64,000 nucleotides of DNA from Parvibaculaceae bacterium (GCA_965226465.1 OZ245362.1:112232-176231); one strand, 5' to 3'. Positions 39,569 to 51,984 are shown, numbered from the stretch's first letter. Made by a program: numbers and translations. The notes: generated by a model from the sequence alone, not told the origin.

Positions 39569-41281
39569 ATGGCAAAGCAGCAAAAACAGAAACATATCAT
39601 CGCAATTCTTGCTTTTATCCTGCTCTTGGGGGCGGCAAGTGCAATTGGCGGGCTGTTTATGATGTCGTTTTATTTGAAACCGCCGCCATTGGTATTATCA
39701 CCCTCGCCATCGGGGGATTTTCTCTCCGCCCAATATGCGATTTATGAAAAGGATAGTGATGAGGCTCGTGTTCTTTATGAGGCGGCACTTGCTCATGCGC
39801 CAGAAAGTCCGACATTATTGCGGAAAGTTTTTCAGGTGTCGCTATTGACCGGAAATATGCCCCAAGCGATAGAAATGGCGCAGAAGCTGGAGAAAAAAGA
39901 GGAGGGCTTTCCGCTTTCTCATCTCATGCTTGCGGTTTATGAAATGAATAGGGGGAAATATAAGAGGGTGGCGGGGCATTTGAAGCAGATACCGCCTGAG
40001 CCTTTTAATGTGCTGATTAGTGATATTATTTCCTCATGGGCGGAATATGGGAAGGGGAGTTATCTGAACGCTCAGGGCAAGCTGATTAAAATGGAGGATG
40101 AGAAAGCCTTCCGTCTTATCGCCCATTATGGGCAGGCGCTTTTTGCGGAGAGGGAGGAGAATATTCTTGAGACTACGCACCAATATCAGAAGGCTATGCA
40201 AAATGGCGGGCTTCGCTATTCGCAGATTGTCAGTGATTTTGGGAAATATTTGCAGAGGAATAAGCGGGGTAAGGATGCGCAAACGGTTTATGAAACCTAT
40301 ATGAGTTTTTATGGTAGCTCGCCTAATATTATTGCGGATATGCAAAATCTGGAAACCTCTACCTCGCCGACAAAGCTTTATGACAGCCCTGCAAGGGGGC
40401 TGGCGAGAAGTCTGTTATTGGTTGCCGATATTCTCTCGCAGGAAAATCCGCAAAATATCGGCGAGCCTTATGCCCGCCTTGCTTACTATCTTGACCCCTC
40501 GCTGGAGCAGGCGGTTTTATTGCTCGGCGATTTTGCCCAAAGGGCGAAAGATTGGAACAGGGCGCTGCAGGAATATGCAAGGCTTCCGCAAAACTCTATC
40601 TGGCATGTGGAGGCGGAAATGGAAACGGCGCTTGTGCTGAGCAAGATTGATAAAATTTCCCAAGCCGAAAATCTGTTGAAAGATCTCGGTAAGCAATATC
40701 CTTCCAACCCTAAGCCCTATATTCAGCTTGGCGATTTATGGCGCACCAATGATAAATTTGAAAATGCTATTGGCGCCTATAGCACGGCGCTGAAGCGGAT
40801 TGGTGAGATTGAGGTTATTCATTGGCCGATATTGTTTTCGCGCGGTATCAGCTATGAGCGTGCCAAAAAATGGGAAAAGGCGGAGCAGGATTTGCAGGAG
40901 GCGGTGGAGCTTTCCAATGAAAATGCCGAAGTGCTGAATTATCTCGGCTATAGCTGGATTGAGCAGGGTATTCATCTGGCAAAGGCGATGCAAATGCTGC
41001 AAAAAGCCGCTAAAAAAAGCCCTAATAGCGGGCATATTCTGGATAGTCTTGGCTGGGCGCATTATCGCCTCACCGAGTTTGAAAATGCTGTCGCCACGCT
41101 GGAAAAAGCCATTCGCCTCATGCCCGATGACCCCGTTATTAACGACCATTTTGCCGATGCGCTTTGGCAGGTTGGGCGACATATTGAGGCGCGCTATCAG
41201 TGGAAGCGGGTGCTGGTGCTGAACCCTGATGAGGAGCTTGCTGAGCAGGTGCAGAAAAAATATTTGAGCGGGCTGGAATAA
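39569..41281 (+). CDS. TPR-repeat protein with N-terminal membrane anchor
   Basis: TM helix after MAKQQKQKH, then multiple TPR-like repeats. The track start at 39155 overlaps udg and is rejected. Confidence 0.7.
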   Translation: MAKQQKQKHIIAILAFILLLGAASAIGGLFMMSFYLKPPPLVLSPSPSGDFLSAQYAIYEKDSDEARVLYEAALAHAPESPTLLRKVFQVSLLTGNMPQAIEMAQKLEKKEEGFPLSHLMLAVYEMNRGKYKRVAGHLKQIPPEPFNVLISDIISSWAEYGKGSYLNAQGKLIKMEDEKAFRLIAHYGQALFAEREENILETTHQYQKAMQNGGLRYSQIVSDFGKYLQRNKRGKDAQTVYETYMSFYGSSPNIIADMQNLETSTSPTKLYDSPARGLARSLLLVADILSQENPQNIGEPYARLAYYLDPSLEQAVLLLGDFAQRAKDWNRALQEYARLPQNSIWHVEAEMETALVLSKIDKISQAENLLKDLGKQYPSNPKPYIQLGDLWRTNDKFENAIGAYSTALKRIGEIEVIHWPILFSRGISYERAKKWEKAEQDLQEAVELSNENAEVLNYLGYSWIEQGIHLAKAMQMLQKAAKKSPNSGHILDSLGWAHYRLTEFENAVATLEKAIRLMPDDPVINDHFADALWQVGRHIEARYQWKRVLVLNPDEELAEQVQKKYLSGLE

Positions 41282-41284
41282 ACC

Positions 41285-42127
41285 ATGTCGCTATTTGCGC
41301 CCGCAAAGCTCAATCTGACATTGAATATTATCGGGAAAAATAAGGGCTATCATGACTTGCAGAGCCTTGTCTGTTTTCCTGATATGGGGGATAGCGTAAG
41401 TTTTTCTGAGGCTTCGGATTTGGAGCTTTTTTTGTCGGGGGAGTTTGCGGCTTCTATTGAGGGGGAGAATATGGTTTTGGAAGCGGCTCGGCTTTTGCGG
41501 CGGGAGAAAAATATTGCAAAGGGGGCGCATATTCATTTGGTGAAGAATATTCCTGTTGGGGCGGGGCTTGGGGGAGGGTCGGCGGATGCGGCTTGTGTTT
41601 TGCGGGGGCTTTCTGAGTTTTGGGGCTGTTCGCTTTCTCAAAAAGAAATGGGCGAGATGGCGCTTGGGCTTGGGAGCGATGTGCCGGCTTGTTTGGTGTC
41701 TGAGCCTTTATGGCTGGAGGGGCGGGGCGAGCGGTTGGCGAGGGTGCGGCTTCCTGACTTTGCGGTTTTGCTGGTTTATTGTGGGGAGCCGCTTGGCAGT
41801 GAGGAGATGTTTTCTCTTATGCGTCCGCCTTTTTCTAAAGTGTCGGTTTTGCCTGACTCATTTGCCGATAGGGGGGAGCTTGTTGCTTATATTAGGGAGA
41901 GGGGAAATGATTTTCTGCCTTTGGCGCAAAAAAAATTGCCTGTCATTTCTAAAGTTTTGGAGGGGCTTGCGGGCTGTGCGCCTTTGGTGGCTTCTTTATC
42001 GGGTTCTGGCTCTGTCTGTTTTGGACTTTTTGCTTCGCTTGCGGAGGCGGAGGGTGCTGGGGAAAAGATGAAGGGGCGTCATCCTTCTTATTGGGTGCGC
42101 TCGGCTTTTGTTAATAATGGCGGGTAA
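41285..42127 (+). CDS. ispE: 4-diphosphocytidyl-2-C-methyl-D-erythritol kinase
   Basis: APAKLNL N-terminus and GHMP-kinase motif PVGAGLGGGSADAA. Confidence 0.85.
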   Translation: MSLFAPAKLNLTLNIIGKNKGYHDLQSLVCFPDMGDSVSFSEASDLELFLSGEFAASIEGENMVLEAARLLRREKNIAKGAHIHLVKNIPVGAGLGGGSADAACVLRGLSEFWGCSLSQKEMGEMALGLGSDVPACLVSEPLWLEGRGERLARVRLPDFAVLLVYCGEPLGSEEMFSLMRPPFSKVSVLPDSFADRGELVAYIRERGNDFLPLAQKKLPVISKVLEGLAGCAPLVASLSGSGSVCFGLFASLAEAEGAGEKMKGRHPSYWVRSAFVNNGG

Positions 42128-43094
42128 TGCAGAAGCTGACCAGCTCGTGCAGGGTTTGTTGCCAGTTGCTTTTTTCAAAAATGCTCAATGCCTTTTGTGC
42201 TTTTTTGCCATATTGCTCTGCCTCTGCCAGCACCATATCCAGCACTTTGTGGTGTTCAAATCGCTCTATCGCTTTGGCGAAATCTTGCTCCTCTTGGGTG
42301 TCGGGGTTCATCGCTTTTTTCCAGAAACGCTTTTCCTGCCTATCCGCCTTTTCATAGGCGAGCAATAGCGGCAGGGTTATCTTGCCCTCGCGGAAATCAT
42401 CGCCAATGTTTTTGCCCAATGCCTGCTTCTTGCCCGAATAATCAAGGGCATCATCAACCAGCTGAAATGCCATGCCCAGATGGCGACCATAATCGCTGAG
42501 CGCGCGCCTTTTTTTCTTGTCGGTTTTCGCCAATATCGCTCCGACTTCGCAGGCGGCGGCGAATAGCTCGGCGGTTTTGGCGTTGATGATGTTCAGATAG
42601 TTTTGCTTGCCCCATGGCAGCTTGCCTTTGGCGTCAAGCTGGTCTACTTCGCCCTCAGCAATGATTGCGCTTGCGCGCGATAGGACTTCCAGTGCTTCTA
42701 GCGAGCCTATCTCCACCATTTTGCGGAAGGATTGACCGAGCAAAAAATCCCCGACCAGCACGCTTGCCGAATTGCCCCATAGCTTTGACGCTGTCGGTTT
42801 GGCACGCCGAAGGCTGCTCTCATCAACGACATCATCATGGAGGAGGGTTGCCGTGTGCATGAACTCTACCGCCATGCCAAGCCCGATATGTCCCTTGCCC
42901 TCATAGCCGCATAAATGCGCTCCCGCTATGGTCAACATCGGGCGCAGGCGCTTGCCGCCCGCGCCCAATATGTGCTTGCCAATGGTGGGAATATAGCGCG
43001 TATGCGAGCCAAGCGCCGAGATAATCAGACGGTCTATCTGCTTCATGTCGGCGCTCGCAAGAGCCTCCAGCTTTTCTATTGCGGTTTTCGTCAT
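42111..43094 (-). CDS. ispB: polyprenyl (octaprenyl-type) diphosphate synthase
   Basis: LLHDDVVDES and DDALDY aspartate-rich motifs. The length and context fit ispB. Confidence 0.8.
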   Translation of the reverse strand: MTKTAIEKLEALASADMKQIDRLIISALGSHTRYIPTIGKHILGAGGKRLRPMLTIAGAHLCGYEGKGHIGLGMAVEFMHTATLLHDDVVDESSLRRAKPTASKLWGNSASVLVGDFLLGQSFRKMVEIGSLEALEVLSRASAIIAEGEVDQLDAKGKLPWGKQNYLNIINAKTAELFAAACEVGAILAKTDKKKRRALSDYGRHLGMAFQLVDDALDYSGKKQALGKNIGDDFREGKITLPLLLAYEKADRQEKRFWKKAMNPDTQEEQDFAKAIERFEHHKVLDMVLAEAEQYGKKAQKALSIFEKSNWQQTLHELVSFCITRHY

Positions 43095-43115
43095 GGGCGT
43101 TACAGTGAAAATCCT

Positions 43116-43340
43116 ATGAAAGAAGTTTTGCGCTCAAATAATGCCGTCTGGCTCAGTTTTTCACAAGCACTTTTGCAAAGCGAGGGCATTGAAAGTGTCA
43201 TTATGGATAGCCATGCCAGTATTATGGACGGCTCTATTGGTGCGCTGCCGAGAAGGCTTATGGTGGCAAGGGACGATTTGGAGCGGGCGCTGGTGCTGAT
43301 TGAAAATGCGGAGAGGGAGCATAATGCAGGCAAAGGGTGA
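43116..43340 (+). CDS. DUF2007-like small protein
   Basis: 74 aa. The pattern NAVWLSFSQALLQSEGIESVIMD is typical of the family. Start at ATG 43116. Confidence 0.45.
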   Translation: MKEVLRSNNAVWLSFSQALLQSEGIESVIMDSHASIMDGSIGALPRRLMVARDDLERALVLIENAEREHNAGKG

Positions 43341-44067
43341 TGATTTTCTGGGCGGGGCGCTGAGTATTGCTCAGCCCGAAAAGGGGTTTCGCTCCGGGCA
43401 GGATGCGGTGCTGTTGGCGGCTTCTATTCCTGCCAAGTCTGGCGAGTTTTGCCTTGAGCTTGGGGCGGGGGCGGGGGTTGCCAGCCTTTGCCTTGCTCAT
43501 CGGGTGCGGGGGTGTTCTGTCTATGGGTTGGAAATTGATGAGGGGCTTGTTGGGCTTGCTGGGGAGAATGCCAAGCAAAATGGGTTGCAGGGAGTGGTGC
43601 GGTTTTTTCGGGCTGATATTACGGAAAAGCTGAGCAGTTTTCCAACGCTTGAGCCTGAGCGCTTTGACCATGTTTTTGCAAATCCGCCTTTTTATAATGA
43701 GGCGGAGTTTGCCAAAGCGCCTAATGCGGGGCGGGCGCTGGCGCGCTCATTGCCAGAGGGGGGGCTTTCCGATTGGGTGCGGGTGGCTTGTGCGCTGGTG
43801 CGCTCGGGGGGGAGTGTTAGTTTTATTTATCCTGCGAGGTTTGTGCTTCGGCTTTTGCCTTTAGTGGAGGAGAAGCTTGGCAATATTATTCTCTTTCCGC
43901 TTTTTGCAAAGGAGGGGGCGGAGGCGAAGCTCATGCTTATTCGTGCTATTCGTGACAGTAAGGCTCCGCTGCAATGGAAGCGGGGGGCTGTTATCCATCA
44001 AAGCGATAATAAGCACACCCCGACGCTCAATGCCATATTGCGCCAGGGGCAGGGTCTTGTATTTTAA
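43324..44067 (+). CDS. SAM-dependent methyltransferase with NPPF motif (YfiC/TrmN6-like)
   Basis: [11 protein letters not shown] (motif I) and FANPPFY (motif IV). Confidence 0.65.
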   Translation: MQAKGDDFLGGALSIAQPEKGFRSGQDAVLLAASIPAKSGEFCLELGAGAGVASLCLAHRVRGCSVYGLEIDEGLVGLAGENAKQNGLQGVVRFFRADITEKLSSFPTLEPERFDHVFANPPFYNEAEFAKAPNAGRALARSLPEGGLSDWVRVACALVRSGGSVSFIYPARFVLRLLPLVEEKLGNIILFPLFAKEGAEAKLMLIRAIRDSKAPLQWKRGAVIHQSDNKHTPTLNAILRQGQGLVF

Positions 44068-44095
44068 GCCCTTGCGGGATAGCTTCGGGGGAGCC

Positions 44096-44962
44096 ATGAG
44101 TAAAAATCGGAAATATTCTTTTCAGCAGCTTATCTTGACGCTTCAAAACTTTTGGGCGGAGCAGGGCTGTCTTATCTTGCAGCCCTATGATGTGGAAATG
44201 GGGGCGGGGACTTTTCACCCTGCGACATTGCTTCGGGCATTGGGGGAGAAGCCGTGGAAGGCGGCTTATGTTCAGCCGTCAAGGCGTCCTGCGGATGGGC
44301 GCTATGGGGAAAATCCGAACCGCTTGCAGCATTATTATCAGTTTCAGGTTATTTTGAAGCCGTCTCCCGAAAATATTCAGGCGCTTTATCTCAAAAGTCT
44401 GCAAGCCATTGGTATTGAGCCGAAAAAACATGATATCCGCTTTGTGGAGGATGATTGGGAAAGCCCGACATTGGGGGCGGCGGGGCTTGGCTGGGAGGTC
44501 TGGTGCGATGGCATGGAAATTACGCAATTTACCTATTTTCAGCAGGTTGGCGGGATTGAATGTCGCCCGGTGAGCGGGGAGATTACCTATGGGCTGGAGC
44601 GGCTGGCGATGTATGTGCAGGGGGTGGAGAATGTTTTTGAGCTGGACTTTAATGGCGAGGGGGTCAGCTATGGTGATGTGTTTTTGGAAAATGAAAAGCA
44701 GTTTTCTGCCTATAATTTTGAGCATGCGGATATTGATATTTTGCGGCGGCATTTTGAGGATGCGGAGGGGGAGTGTAAGGCGTTGGTGGAGAAAAAACTG
44801 CCTTTGCCCGCTTATGACCAGTGCATGAAGGCGAGCCATTGTTTTAATCTGCTGGATGCGCGGGGGGTGATATCGGTGGCGCAGAGGCAGGATTATATTG
44901 CGAGGGTGCGCGCGCTTGCCAAAGCTTGTGCCAAAAGTTATTTGGCGGGGGATAAGGAATGA
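44096..44962 (+). CDS. glyQ: glycine--tRNA ligase alpha subunit
   Basis: [17 protein letters not shown]...[26 protein letters not shown]. Start at ATG 44096. Confidence 0.95.
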   Translation: MSKNRKYSFQQLILTLQNFWAEQGCLILQPYDVEMGAGTFHPATLLRALGEKPWKAAYVQPSRRPADGRYGENPNRLQHYYQFQVILKPSPENIQALYLKSLQAIGIEPKKHDIRFVEDDWESPTLGAAGLGWEVWCDGMEITQFTYFQQVGGIECRPVSGEITYGLERLAMYVQGVENVFELDFNGEGVSYGDVFLENEKQFSAYNFEHADIDILRRHFEDAEGECKALVEKKLPLPAYDQCMKASHCFNLLDARGVISVAQRQDYIARVRALAKACAKSYLAGDKE

Positions 44963-47043
44963 GCGGGGAGCTTCTGATAGAGTTTTATAGCGAGGAGATA
45001 CCGGCGCGCATGCAGGGGCAGGCGGAATTGCAATTTGCGCACGCTATGGAGAAGGCTTTGAAAAAAGAGGGGATTGGGTTTGATACAATTCAATGCTTTT
45101 CTACGCCGCGCCGTTTGGCGTTATGTGTGAGCGGGATTGCTAAGAGTGTGAGCCGTGCGGGTGAGCGCAAAAAGGGGGTGCGGGTGGGTGCGCCGCAAAA
45201 GGCGATTGACGGATTTTTGCGAAGTGTCGGTGTTTCCGATGTCGGTAAGCTGGAGACGGAAAAAGATGATAAGAGTGCATATTATGTCGTTATTATTCCT
45301 GCCAAAATCATAAAAACTGCTGACATAATTGCGGAGATTGTGCCTGATATTGTGCGGGGGTTTCCTTGGCAGAAGTCTATGCGTTGGGGGGAGGGTAGCC
45401 TTAGCTGGGTGCGTCCATTGCGGTCTATTCTGGCGGTGTTGGATGGGAAAATTGTGCCTTTTTCTGTGGGGGGGGTTGCGAGCGGGAATGTTACTTATGG
45501 TCATCCGTTTCTTGCGCCTGAGGCGATTAAGTGCGCGGATTTCAAGGCTTATCAGCAGGGGTTGAAAAAGGCGTTTGTGGTTTTGGAGGCGGGGAAAAGG
45601 AAAGAGGCTATTCGCAAAAAGGCGGAAGCCCTTGCTGCCAAAAAGGGGCTTGTTGCTGACTTGGATGAGGCGCTGCTTTCGGAAATTGCCGCTTTGGTGG
45701 AAAGCCCGCATGTGCTTATGGGGGCGATTGAAAAGAAATATATAAGCATTCCTATTGAGGTCAGTATTAGTGTGATGCGTATCCATCAGAAATATATTCC
45801 GCTTGCGGATAAAAAGAGAAAGCTTGCGCCCTTTTTTCTTATCACTGCCAATATTGCTGATAGCGAAAAAATGATTGTGCAGGGGAATGAGCGGGTGCTT
45901 TCGGCGCGCCTTGCGGATGCGCAGTTTTTCTTTGAAGAGGACAAGAAAACCTCTCTGGAGGAAAAAGCAAAGATGATGGGCGGTATCCTCTCTCACGGCA
46001 ATATCACCTTTGCAGAAATGTCTAGAAGAGTTGGAAAGTTGGCAGAAGTGTTAATGGAGCGTTTCGGTGGTAAAGAAGAGCATAAAAAAAACATAAGACG
46101 GGTGGCGCAACTTGCAAAGGCAGACCTGGTCTCAAAAATGGTGCAGGAATTTTCGCATTTGCAGGGAGTGATGGGGTATTATTATGCCTTGCATGATGGC
46201 GAGAATATAGAGGTTGCGAAAGCCATTCGTGACCAATATAAGCCTGTGGGTCCTACCGATTCCATACCTGAAACTGCTGTGGGAGTTGTATTTGCATTGG
46301 CGGAGAAGCTTTATAATCTGCAATATTTCTGGCAGATTGGAGAAAAGCCGACTGGCTCCAAAGACCCCAATGCGCTCCGCCGTGCGACAATTGGTGTTTT
46401 ACGAATTATTCTGGAAACGGAAATGCCCTTATCTCTGAGAGATAATTTGACAATACAGGATGAAAAAATAAAGCAAGACCTTATTGATTATATCAATAAC
46501 CGAATACCAGACTTATTTAAAGGAGGGGGCATTAGACATGATGCCTTAAAAGCCGCAAGGGGAGGAATGGCAAAAGGTCATTATAGGGACATGCCACTGG
46601 CTCTATATGATTGTGCAAAGCAATTATCCAATTTTCTTCCTACAAAAGATGGTGATGAGGTATTAGACGCCTATTGGAGGGTGCGTGGTTTCTTAGACTC
46701 TGGGAGGTGGATTGATGTAAATGGGAAATGGCTGGTGGAAAAAGAGTGTAATCCAGAGCTTTTTGAAACTGACCAAGAAAGAGAGCTTTTTAACGCAACA
46801 GATGTAGAAGCAATGGTACAACGTGGAACAGGAGTAAAGAAAGGAGCTGGCTATAAGAGGGGCGGGTTTAAAAAAGAATTTGAATATCTTGCAAGCTTGC
46901 GTCCAAAAGTAGATGCTTTTGCTGATGGATTGCGGGTTGATGTTGAGGATAAAAGGTTGAAAAACAATCGTCTTGCGCTTCTTCAGCGTATTATGATGTA
47001 TATGAGTGCTTACGCAGATTTCTCGCAGATACGGAAGAAATAG
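44959..47043 (+). CDS. glyS: glycine--tRNA ligase beta subunit
   Basis: [15 protein letters not shown]-terminus, 694 aa, with a 4-nt overlap onto glyQ. Confidence 0.9.
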   Translation: MSGELLIEFYSEEIPARMQGQAELQFAHAMEKALKKEGIGFDTIQCFSTPRRLALCVSGIAKSVSRAGERKKGVRVGAPQKAIDGFLRSVGVSDVGKLETEKDDKSAYYVVIIPAKIIKTADIIAEIVPDIVRGFPWQKSMRWGEGSLSWVRPLRSILAVLDGKIVPFSVGGVASGNVTYGHPFLAPEAIKCADFKAYQQGLKKAFVVLEAGKRKEAIRKKAEALAAKKGLVADLDEALLSEIAALVESPHVLMGAIEKKYISIPIEVSISVMRIHQKYIPLADKKRKLAPFFLITANIADSEKMIVQGNERVLSARLADAQFFFEEDKKTSLEEKAKMMGGILSHGNITFAEMSRRVGKLAEVLMERFGGKEEHKKNIRRVAQLAKADLVSKMVQEFSHLQGVMGYYYALHDGENIEVAKAIRDQYKPVGPTDSIPETAVGVVFALAEKLYNLQYFWQIGEKPTGSKDPNALRRATIGVLRIILETEMPLSLRDNLTIQDEKIKQDLIDYINNRIPDLFKGGGIRHDALKAARGGMAKGHYRDMPLALYDCAKQLSNFLPTKDGDEVLDAYWRVRGFLDSGRWIDVNGKWLVEKECNPELFETDQERELFNATDVEAMVQRGTGVKKGAGYKRGGFKKEFEYLASLRPKVDAFADGLRVDVEDKRLKNNRLALLQRIMMYMSAYADFSQIRKK

Positions 47044-47138
47044 GGGGAATAGTTAAGGAATTATGGGAAAAGTCAATGATTTCAGGGGGGTAAAAAGTGC
47101 TTTCCCGAATCGGGGTTTTCGGGTATATTTGCGCTGAT

Positions 47139-47729
47139 ATGAAAAGGGTTAGACATAGTATACATGTTGTCATTGTGGCTATTGCTTTGATGGGGTTTGC
47201 GCCTGTTGAAAGCACGAAATTTGCGTTGCAGAAAATGAGGACGGCTCAGCCTGCGCCTAAGCAGCATGCTAGTGAGCCTTTTGATGAGGCTAGGAATTGT
47301 CTGGCTCAGGCGATTTATTTTGAAGCCCGCTCGGAGCCTTATGAGGGGTGGATGGCGGTGGGGGAAGTTGTTTTAAACAGGGCGCGCTCGCCTAGATATC
47401 CTGCTCATATTTGTCAGGTTGTTTTTCAGGGTGAGGAAAATCGGCACCAGTGCCAGTTTTCTTTTGCTTGTGATGGGCGCTCGGATAGAGCCAGAAATAA
47501 ATATCTTTGGAAAAAAGCATATCAGCTTGCCGGTATTTTGCTCACTACCCCCATGCGTACACCGCTTACGAATACGGCTACCCATTATCATGCCGAATAT
47601 GTGGAGCCGTTTTGGTCTGGTGATTTTCGTAAGATCCAGAAAATTGGGAAACATATTTTCTATGCGGATAGTCTGAACCGCGTCATCATGCCGCTTGCCA
47701 GACCGGAGCGCATAGAGCGCAATCTGTAA
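47139..47729 (+). CDS. cell wall hydrolase, SleB family
   Basis: Signal peptide and the LAQAIYFEARSEPYEGWMAVGEVVLNR motif. Confidence 0.75.
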   Translation: MKRVRHSIHVVIVAIALMGFAPVESTKFALQKMRTAQPAPKQHASEPFDEARNCLAQAIYFEARSEPYEGWMAVGEVVLNRARSPRYPAHICQVVFQGEENRHQCQFSFACDGRSDRARNKYLWKKAYQLAGILLTTPMRTPLTNTATHYHAEYVEPFWSGDFRKIQKIGKHIFYADSLNRVIMPLARPERIERNL

Positions 47730-47732
47730 TTA

Positions 47733-48542
47733 TTATATACTATCAAGTCCGATATCCAGCGCCTTTACCGAATGGGTGAGGCTGCCAAGTGCGATATAGT
47801 CAATGCCGGTTTTGGCAATCTCGGTAATATTGCGCTCCGTAATGCCGCCGCTTGCTTCAAGCTGGACGCCTTCGGGGCGGGTTGCCACTGCCTGTTTTAT
47901 TTGCTCCGGTGTCATATTATCCAGCAGGATTAGGCGTGCTCCTTTTTGAAGCGCTTTTTCATATTGCTGCAAACTATCTACCTCTATTTGAAAGGGCTTG
48001 TTTTGGAGGCGTTGGGTGATGTCGTCCAGACTGCCCGCTAAGGCGATGTGGTTGTCTTTTACGAGAATGGAATCATATAAACCGAAGCGGTGGTTTGTGC
48101 CGCCGCCTAGCTTGACTGCTTGTTTTTCTAACGCGCGCAGGAGGGGGGTGGTTTTGCGGGTGCATCGGATAATTGCTTTTGTGCCTGAAATGGCGGCTAC
48201 CATTTTTGCCGTTTGGGTGGCGATGCCCGATAAATGGCATAGGAAATTGAGGGCGGTGCGCTCGGCTGCCAATATGCTTTTTGCGTTTCCCTCTATGTGG
48301 GCGATTGGCTCATTGGGATTTATTTTGTCGCCGTTTTGCTTTTTTGCGCTCCATTTGAGGGTTTTGTTGATTTGGTGGAAGCAGGCTTCTGCTATTTCCA
48401 GCCCTGCCAATATGCCTTGTTCGCGGGGTTGTAAAATGTAATGGGCGGTTTGCCCCTCTTCTATTAGAGCTTGGGAGGTGATGTCGCCTTCATTGCCTAA
48501 GTCTTCTGCCAATGCCATTGCTATCAGTTCTTGCATGGTCAT
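47733..48542 (-). CDS. nadC: nicotinate-nucleotide diphosphorylase (carboxylating)
   Basis: RTALNFL...RKTTPLLR...HR motifs, and nadABC operon context. Confidence 0.9.
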   Translation of the reverse strand: MTMQELIAMALAEDLGNEGDITSQALIEEGQTAHYILQPREQGILAGLEIAEACFHQINKTLKWSAKKQNGDKINPNEPIAHIEGNAKSILAAERTALNFLCHLSGIATQTAKMVAAISGTKAIIRCTRKTTPLLRALEKQAVKLGGGTNHRFGLYDSILVKDNHIALAGSLDDITQRLQNKPFQIEVDSLQQYEKALQKGARLILLDNMTPEQIKQAVATRPEGVQLEASGGITERNITEIAKTGIDYIALGSLTHSVKALDIGLDSI

Positions 48543-50128
48543 GCGCCGTGTTCCTTTATGGGGAAGCTGTCGCTCAGCTCGGTTTGTTCTTCGGCGAGCG
48601 TTCTTGCTTGTGCCAGTGTCATGAAATTATGTTCTGCTTTTTTTGCTTTATCGGGGAAGTCGCTGCGCCAATGGGCGCCTCGGCTTTCTTCGCGCTGTAA
48701 TGCGCTTGCGGCTATTAGCAGGCATGCGATGCTCCGATTGGATAGGACGCCTTCTGCGGTGAGGCTTCGCTCTATTCTTCTAATGGCGGAAACGGCTTGC
48801 TTCAGCCCTTCGGCGTTGCGGCGCACGCCGACTTTTTGCGTCATAATCTGGCGCAAATGCTCATTTGCTTTATTGCCGATATCGGATTTTTGCTCGGTGC
48901 TTTGTCCTGTAAAAGCTTGTCCGCTTTTCTGCTCGGATATATTGGCGTTGATATCTTTGGCGATGCGGGCGGCGAAAACCAGTGCCTCTAAAAGGCTGTT
49001 GCTGGCAAGGCGGTTTGCGCCATGTGCACCACTGCTTGCGGTCTCGCCGCATATCCATAAGCCCTCCATGCTTGAGCGTCCCCATATATCCACGACCACG
49101 CCGCCCATGTGGTAATGGGCGGCGGGGGCTACTTTGATGCCCTCTCTTGTGGGGTCAATGCCAAGCTCTTTGCAGGAGGCGGCGATGCTTGGGAAGGCAC
49201 TATCCAGATGCTCGGCTAGTTTTTTGGGGAGCTTTAGCTCCACTTTGCCGGTGTGCTCTATTTCTTTTGCAACGGCGCGGGCGACGATGTCGCGGGGGGC
49301 AAGTTCGTTTTCTAGGAAGCGGTTGCCCTCGCCATTAATGAGCCATGCGCCTTCGCCGCGCAACGCCTCGGTGGCGAGCGGGGCGGGGCTTTGTCCATAG
49401 GCGAGGGCGGTGGGGTGGAACTGTACAAACTCCATATCCACGCATTGCACGCCTGCGCGGGCTGCCATTGCCAGACCTTCTCCGCTGGCTTGGGGGGGGT
49501 TGGTGGTCACCGCATATAAATGTCCGGTGCCGCCGCTTGCCAGAACGACTGCTCTTGCTTTGATGAGGAGGGTTTCTTTGAATGGGCTATGGGCGGGGCT
49601 TACGAAAACGCCGCTTATTCTGCCATCCTCCACCGCCAACTCATGGGCGGTGAAGCCTTCAATCATGCGGATGGAGGGGGTGTTGCGGGTTGCGTGTTTG
49701 AGAACCTGCATTATCTCCTTGCCGCTTCTATCGCCCTCAACGCCGACAATGCGGGGTTTGCTATGGGCGCCCTCTTGTCCTAATTTCAGTCCGCCTTTTT
49801 CGTCGCGGTCAAAGCTGACCCCCATGCGGAGTAAGTCTTCTATGCGCTGGGGGGCTTCCTCTGCCAGCAAGTGTGCTGTCGCCTCATGCACCAAGCCGTC
49901 ACCCGCTTTTATCGTATCCTCGGCGTGTTGGGCGGGGCTGTCATATTTGCCAAGTGCTGCCGCAATGCCGCCTTGCGCCCATGCGGTGCTGGCACCATGC
50001 CCAAGCGGTGCTGGACTTATCACGGAGCAGCGCCTTGGGGAGAGGCTTAGTGCGGTGAATAATCCCGCCAAGCCTGCGCCGATAATGAGCACATCGCCGC
50101 CATCAATAATATTATTTTGTCCGCTCAT
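48539..50128 (-). CDS. nadB: L-aspartate oxidase
   Basis: FAD motif [11 protein letters not shown], the strings HYHMGG and RLASNSLLE. Confidence 0.9.
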   Translation of the reverse strand: MSGQNNIIDGGDVLIIGAGLAGLFTALSLSPRRCSVISPAPLGHGASTAWAQGGIAAALGKYDSPAQHAEDTIKAGDGLVHEATAHLLAEEAPQRIEDLLRMGVSFDRDEKGGLKLGQEGAHSKPRIVGVEGDRSGKEIMQVLKHATRNTPSIRMIEGFTAHELAVEDGRISGVFVSPAHSPFKETLLIKARAVVLASGGTGHLYAVTTNPPQASGEGLAMAARAGVQCVDMEFVQFHPTALAYGQSPAPLATEALRGEGAWLINGEGNRFLENELAPRDIVARAVAKEIEHTGKVELKLPKKLAEHLDSAFPSIAASCKELGIDPTREGIKVAPAAHYHMGGVVVDIWGRSSMEGLWICGETASSGAHGANRLASNSLLEALVFAARIAKDINANISEQKSGQAFTGQSTEQKSDIGNKANEHLRQIMTQKVGVRRNAEGLKQAVSAIRRIERSLTAEGVLSNRSIACLLIAASALQREESRGAHWRSDFPDKAKKAEHNFMTLAQARTLAEEQTELSDSFPIKEHGA

Positions 50129-51147
50129 TTATTCAGCGCAATCATGCGCTCCACTGCTTGCCTTGCGGGTGCGATGAGGTGGGGTTCTATTTCAATTTCA
50201 TATTGCTCATGGACGAGGCTTTCCAAAATCTTGGGGAGGGTTATTTTTTTCATGTGGGGGCATAGATTGCAGGGGCGGACGAACTCGGTTTCGGGAAGCT
50301 CAATGGCGACATTGTCGCTCATGGAACACTCCGTAACCAGAAGCACCTTTTCGGGTCTGTTCTCATGCACCCATTTTATCATTGCCGAGGTGGAGCCTGA
50401 GAAGTCGGCTTCCTTTAGGACTTCGGGCATACATTCGGGGTGGGCGATAATCTGTATGCGCTCATCTTGGGCGCGGTAATCGCGGAGCTCTTTTGCGGTG
50501 AAGCGTTCATGGACTTCGCATTTGCCTTTCCATGCCAGCACTTCTACTTTTGTTTGGGCGGCAATGTTTTTCGCTAAATATTCATCGGGGATACACAGCA
50601 CCTTATCCACGCCGAAGCTTTCTACAATCGCAACGGCGTTGGAGGAGGTGCAGCATATATCGCTCTCCGCCTTCACCTCAGCGGAGGTATTGACATAGCT
50701 GATTATCGGAATATTGGGGTGCGCCTCGCGCAAGGTGCGGACATCGGCTCCCGTGATGCTTTCGGCAAGGGAACAGCCTGCTTCCCTATCGGGTATTAGG
50801 ACTTTTTTGTCGGGGTTTAGCAGCTTGCTCGTCTCCGCCATGAAGTGGACGCCGCATTGCACAATCATGTCTGCCTCCACGCTTGCCGCCTCGCGCGCCA
50901 ATTGCAGGCTGTCGCCAATGCTATCGGCGATGGTGTGAAATATCTCCGGCGTCTGGTAATTATGCGCCAATATCACCGCGCGCTTCTCGCGCTTCAGCTC
51001 CTCTATCGCCTTGATATAGGGAGCGAAAATCTGCCACTCAAGCTCGGGTATCACATGCTGGAGGCGCGCATAGGTAGGCTCCATCTCGCGGGCTAGTTGC
51101 GGCGTGTAGGATATGCCCATCTGCTTCAGAAGTTCAGGCGCTTGCAT
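50125..51147 (-). CDS. nadA: quinolinate synthase
   Basis: ILAHNYQ...VHFMAET motifs. Overlaps nadB. Confidence 0.9.
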   Translation of the reverse strand: MQAPELLKQMGISYTPQLAREMEPTYARLQHVIPELEWQIFAPYIKAIEELKREKRAVILAHNYQTPEIFHTIADSIGDSLQLAREAASVEADMIVQCGVHFMAETSKLLNPDKKVLIPDREAGCSLAESITGADVRTLREAHPNIPIISYVNTSAEVKAESDICCTSSNAVAIVESFGVDKVLCIPDEYLAKNIAAQTKVEVLAWKGKCEVHERFTAKELRDYRAQDERIQIIAHPECMPEVLKEADFSGSTSAMIKWVHENRPEKVLLVTECSMSDNVAIELPETEFVRPCNLCPHMKKITLPKILESLVHEQYEIEIEPHLIAPARQAVERMIALNK

Positions 51148-51192
51148 GAGTGTTCTCCTTGTCTTTTATAATATGGGCTTTTCGGGAGGGTT

Positions 51193-51984
51193 TTACAAGG
51201 TGGGGGATGTGAGGGTTATTTGCTGCCCCTCTGCGGTGCAGGTGCCAGCCTTTGCGGCATCTTTGCGAAGCAGGAGGAGTGCCTTTTTGCCAGCGCTGGT
51301 GCATAGTTTGCCTATGGTTTTTTCGCCTTGCATGATGGGGGTTTGTGGGGGGGGTGGGGTTTTCGGGAAGGTGCCGATATAGATTGCTTTTTTGGTGCTG
51401 CCGCGTCTTTGTATTTTTGATATTACTTCTTGTCCGAGAAAGCAGCCTTTTTCAAGGCTGATGCTGCCCATTTTGGTAAAGCCGAAATCAAGGGGGAAGT
51501 CTTTTCCGCTTAGCATATCTTCGCCATCTATGATGCCGTGTTCTATGCGCCATGCTTTGTAGTCTGCTTCGGTGGCGTTGGTGGGGGTTTCTGTGAGGGC
51601 GGCTCTTGCGCCCATTTTCGGGGAGCGGGTGTCTTTTTGCCATGCGGGGAGGGTTTCGCCCCAGGCGGCATAGGTGTGGGTTTGGGGGTCGGGGGTTATT
51701 TTTATTTTGGCGCCGAGCTGGTAGTGGTGGAGTTTTTCTATTAGGCGGTCATGGTCGGTTTTATGCACCTCTATGCGGATGGCGGTTTTGGTGCGGGTTA
51801 GGAAAAAATCAAAATCATATTTGCCTTGTGCGGTTAGTAATGCGCTGTGTTGTGCTTCTTCGTGTTGGGGTAAATTGCTGGTGATGAGGCGTTCTAGAAA
51901 AGGCTCGCTTTCGGTGCCGCTTATCAGAAAGCTCCGCCTGCTTGTGAGCCTCGCTATATGAGGGGATATTTTTTTCTGTTTCAT
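51193..51984 (-). CDS. ygfZ: YgfZ/CAF17-family folate-binding protein
   Basis: KGCFLGQE signature and GcvT-like fold length. Confidence 0.7.
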   Translation of the reverse strand: MKQKKISPHIARLTSRRSFLISGTESEPFLERLITSNLPQHEEAQHSALLTAQGKYDFDFFLTRTKTAIRIEVHKTDHDRLIEKLHHYQLGAKIKITPDPQTHTYAAWGETLPAWQKDTRSPKMGARAALTETPTNATEADYKAWRIEHGIIDGEDMLSGKDFPLDFGFTKMGSISLEKGCFLGQEVISKIQRRGSTKKAIYIGTFPKTPPPPQTPIMQGEKTIGKLCTSAGKKALLLLRKDAAKAGTCTAEGQQITLTSPTL